64,000 bases of DNA from Mytilus californianus. Lineage: Eukaryota. A model generated the notes under the pieces. That model saw only the letters and a program-made list of their open reading frames with translations, searched no databases and had not been told where the DNA came from. Location: assembly GCF_021869535.1 (NCBI RefSeq), contig NW_026262626.1, forward strand, positions 27,528,001 through 27,592,000, given 5' to 3'. Made by a program: the position numbers and the translations under genes. Shown piece after piece: positions 59,560 through 64,000 of this stretch; position 1 is the first letter of the stretch; each line of letters opens with the position of its first letter.

Positions 59560-62500
59560 TTTTTAAAAAACCAGGGTGGTACGACACTTTTTCCAGGTTT
59601 ATGTATTTTCCTGTTGATACAATATGCAAGGGCTTGTGTCATCACGATTTCCTAACTAAATGATTGCGGCATACAAGAAAATGTTTAGTCAAGAGAGTAG
59701 ACTATGAAAAAGTTAGTGTCAATCTTAAAGACGCTATCATGAATGGTTGACCGTTATGAAATACCATTTACAAAATGATATGTTTTACTTCTAGTAGTCA
59801 CGTGCACAATCTCGCCCTCTTTTCCTGGTTAAGGCCATCAACGCATACAATTTTATTTTGCAGAAAGTTACCATGAAAGTAGTAAAACGTCAGATGACAC
59901 TTGTGGATAAGGACCTGGTTATTTTTCTGAAGCAATTAAATATTCTCCCATTAACTGCGAGGTTCAAGTCACTTAAACTTTTTGTTTTCTGTGAAGTGTT
60001 TTGTCTAATTTATGTTTTCTTTAAGTTTTCGTCCCTTTTTTCCAGCAGTTGCGTTGCTCTCTGTTTAGCTGACCTCACTCGAAAGTTAAATTGAGCTAAT
60101 CTCAGAACAGAACTTGGTGTCAGTCGTCAGCTAACTTTTCCAAAAAGCGTTAAACTACATGGCCAATATGGAACCAAACTTGGCCATTATATACGATCTT
60201 TGGGCTATCTAGTTGTGTCCGATGACCCTCGCCTACCAACCAACATGACCAACATTGCTAAATATAGAACTTAGAAATAAAAATTGTGTCTACAATTTTG
60301 AAAACCACTTTAGACAGAGAAAAATCAGACAAAGGCGTACATTTAAGAATGCTGAGATCTACCTACTGTCCAACATTATAAAAACTGTTAGACGACTTCA
60401 TTAATGAGTTATTGCCCTTAAATAACAAATTTTCTCTTTTTTCAGGAATAGCAAAAATATGCAGCCAGATATACACTTAAGTAGAAAAATGAATTCGTCA
60501 ATTGACTCCTTATAGAAGTTATTGTCCTTGAAAACATTTTTATCAATTATTTGCCCATTACTTTGAAAACTATATTATAAATGACGAGAAAGAATTTTTC
60601 AAAGGCAAACATTATATGCAGGACAAAATCTACATGTAAATGGCCAAAATTGTCAGTCAACTTTATATTGAGTTTTTCTCTGAGGATTTTTATCCATTTT
60701 TGCATTTTAGTAGGGAAACATAATGTAAATAAAGAAAAAAAAACTACAAACAACAAAATTTATCAATGAATTTACTATGCTTTTCGAAAACAAGAAATAA
60801 TTTGCAACTATATATCAATAAATGCCGAAGTTGATATTTAGAGCTACACCCCTAGTTTTTTTAAACTGTGAATATTAGAGGCATGATAAATATGAATCTT
60901 AATGTCTCATTGTTATAGAAGACCTTAAAAATAACGGGAGTTTACGGATATTTTGAAAAAGAACCTAGAAAATATTCCAACATCTAGAATTAGCATGACG
61001 TATAAGCAATTCATTTCGAAATAGTTTAATTCGTTCAAGTCGCCAATATAAAAAGGTAAATCCCCTACTTGAAATTTCCCATTTCTGCCAAACCATTGAC
61101 ATGATTGATGCAGTCGATAAACATTTCTTTTATCCCTTGGTAACATTTATGTCCAGCGAATGACGAGAATTCAATTCTAATTTCTTTAATAAATTTTCAA
61201 CAAATATTAAATGAATACAAAAAATGAAATAAATATTACATCGTTCAACAAAGAAGCTTCCATTTTCTTCTAGGGTCTAATTATATAAACAATCAAAAGT
61301 TAATGTGGCAATTGATGGAAAAAAATGTAAATATGAAAAATATGAAAATGCATGTTAGAACTATCTGTCTTAGCAAATGGCAAACAATAGACTAATTTCA
61401 AAAGTAAAATCTGACTGGTCAATTTCATGACGCAGGTCTTATAGAAATTGTTAGTCAGCGGGCGACCGTTATCATACGCAACGACCGTTTTCACTGCTAC
61501 TAGTGATAATTGTTAAACCTTTACGAACCAATGGGTGACCGTTGTGACTACAAGCAGCATACTGATATTTTTGACAATTTACTAATATTAGTAGGTGATA
61601 ATATAAAACAGTAAAAACTAAAAATATGCCAAAAAAATTTCAATGTTAAACTGTTGTTGTTTACATTTTTCGTACGTTTTTCAAGTTTTTAACACCATTC
61701 GATTTCTTTCTAAAAATAAAAGTATTATATGATACAGCTCCAACTTGTTATTAATATAAACTACGGATTTCCCATAGGTGCGCTACAAATACTGGACTCG
61801 ATAAAATCACGTGACTGTTAAAACATTCAAGATACCAATTACAACCGCGATTTCACAGATAGAAGCCGAAAGGGTCTTGCCGCTGAGAGAATGATTGGAT
61901 AAATCCTATGACTTATGTACAGAGTTCTGCAGGTCATTGATATATGCTAATTAATCGTTGTTATTCCTTTTAAACAATGGGTCCAGAAAAGGATAAATTG
62001 TCAATAAATAAGAAAAATATTATTTCACCAATTCGGCTGATCTCCTCATACAACAGATATTTAATATGAAAAAAATACAAATATATTGTCAATTAAAAAT
62101 GATCAAGATATATTAAAAAAAACCAGTTCTTGCTATTTATAAAATTTTGTTGTTCGCTTTAATTCTTTGACAGGAAGTTAATAAAATCATGACTACTTGT
62201 CTAGACAGTTGTTGTGTTAAGTTACAGAGAAAGAGACGAGAGATACTAAATGGATATTAAAACTCAAACTGACAACACCATGGCACAGGTATAGAAATTG
62301 AATCAATCAGAGCAAGAATTATATAACGGAAAGGAAGTAAACAACCTAAATCTCCGACCCAGATCTCTCCGTTTAAACTAAATTCCTACCATTATGACAA
62401 AAACGACCATAGCACAAATGACAACTTACCTTAAAATTGTGTGAAATGCCGAAGCAAATTGCACAAGAGAAAACTAATAGATGTATACTGTATCGTTTCA

Positions 62501-64000
62501 AACTATATACTACGTTCCTCTACTATTTTTTGGAAAATGATTTTCCAATTTATCTTTTCCTTTTTATTAGAATTATTTCATATAAATATATTTAAAATCT
62601 CTGTTCCGTTTATCACCCTTAAATGAAGTTCCAAAATATCACGACATGAACCAGTTATCAGCCATTTGTAGCTTGAACCTAACGTATTACATGTATATAT
62701 TCTAAATACAGAATTTTGCTTCTCAAATTTGATGGTCGTATCAAAAGCGAGGTATTATCCTCATTTGTCTACATAACGCTACATTACTTTTCCAACAGCG
62801 TCTGGAAAATCCCATATTATAAAAATCATCTGCCAAACAACTTTTGTCAACTAGAACCAAGCTCTGCAGGAATCTTTGTCTGTAAATACCTGAACGCATT
62901 TGGATTGTTTGTGTGTATCTTGATATCAAAATGAATACCATGGCCAAAATGTATCCGATTGGCTGAAATTGCAAAGATATTCTGACGAATGTCCTGGCAT
63001 ATCGTTAGAATGATTCACAAAAAGTGCTATAATTATTGAAAGGTGTTGATGCCAATTCAAATCCACATGACCGCCATCATTGATCATAGTTTAAAATAGA
63101 ACCCCATAAACAGTTAATACAGTAACACGTAGTTTCTTCTCAGAAACTCTCTCACACATTGAAACCAAATTTTGCAAACAGAAATCCGACTGATCCGTTT
63201 TTGTTGCCAAACAATATAAGAAATGACCACTACGGTAAAGCATAATACAACCATACAGAAAATGCGTACAAACAGGTTCCCAAAAAACGTTTCAAACATC
63301 GTTGTATCAAATCATGTAAAAATACTCGTAAGGTGTTCACATACAAATTTTGATGCCTATCTGAAATCTAAATACTTATCAAAGTTACCACGTTTATCAA
63401 TTGACACTCCAGACGCGTGTGTCGTCTACATCAGAATTATCAGTGGTGCTCGAATCAAAAAGTTAGCAGACCAAGTCAAATACGAAATTGAAAACAAAAC
63501 GTTTTGAATAATTGTTAAAAAACGGCTAAGTGTATATATGCTTGTGAGAAAAATCTTAGTGTTTAGAATGTTTCTACATTTTATAAACAATCAATCTACA
63601 GAAACGGCACGTATCAATGATAGTTCATGTCAGTACAAAAGAGTTGAACATTTGGCTGCTTACGTCCATCAGCAGTTGCATCAACCCAGTGGTTGAAAAA
63701 AATCTATCAAAGATAGATATATTTTCGCCACTGTAAAGCATAGTTTAACATTGGACCATATTTGAAATACATACAACAATTTTAATTTAAAACCGTCTCA
63801 AACATTGTCAAATCGTGAGCAATTGATAATATACTAGTTTTCATTTTTTCTGTGATCTGAAATTAAAGAAGGAATTCAACATGAAACAAAGTTTAACATT
63901 TATACCATGAATTCCAACGAGGAACAAATACAGGAGATTATATTTCCATATATTACTATCTAAATCATATGAAATACAGTATGACAGTCCCCTTGTACCA
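59560..64000. repeat. Copy 2 of the recent segmental duplication (runs off the window)
   Basis: As for copy 1; differences are scattered substitutions and short indels. Confidence 0.95.
63374..63715 (-). mobile_element. Duplicate of the decayed retrozyme monomer
   Basis: Same sequence as 54050-54395, inside the segmental duplication. Confidence 0.65.

Overview
AT-rich, intron- and repeat-rich eukaryotic DNA. The repeat families and gene content point to a mussel (Mytilus-like bivalve); this is an inference. No prokaryotic operon, rRNA, tRNA gene or true CRISPR-Cas locus is visible, and most short ORFs in the track are spurious. Genes: (1) an apparently intact six-exon secreted fibrinogen-related-domain (FReD) gene on the minus strand (24206-30449, about 265 aa); (2) its paralogous pseudogene (41606-48297) in an older segmental duplication (about 16.9-31.2 kb vs 39.5-48.9 kb); (3) a single-coding-exon, signal-peptide-bearing 342-aa protein made of four ~82-aa repeats that I cannot assign to a family (55125-56153); (4) a decayed minus-strand gene-like unit present twice in a recent, near-identical duplication offset by ~9.33 kb (50.2-54.7 kb vs 59.5 kb to the window end). 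Mobile DNA: a 5'-truncated Penelope-like RT element with many short 3'-end copies, hammerhead-ribozyme retrozyme copies (two intact type I cores), Helentron-type non-autonomous elements with ~0.5-kb internal repeats, and several MITEs. The most intriguing unexplained items are the four-repeat secreted protein and, ~1.6 kb downstream of it, a six-unit array of 28-bp palindromes at a 70-bp period with variable spacers (57736-58115).
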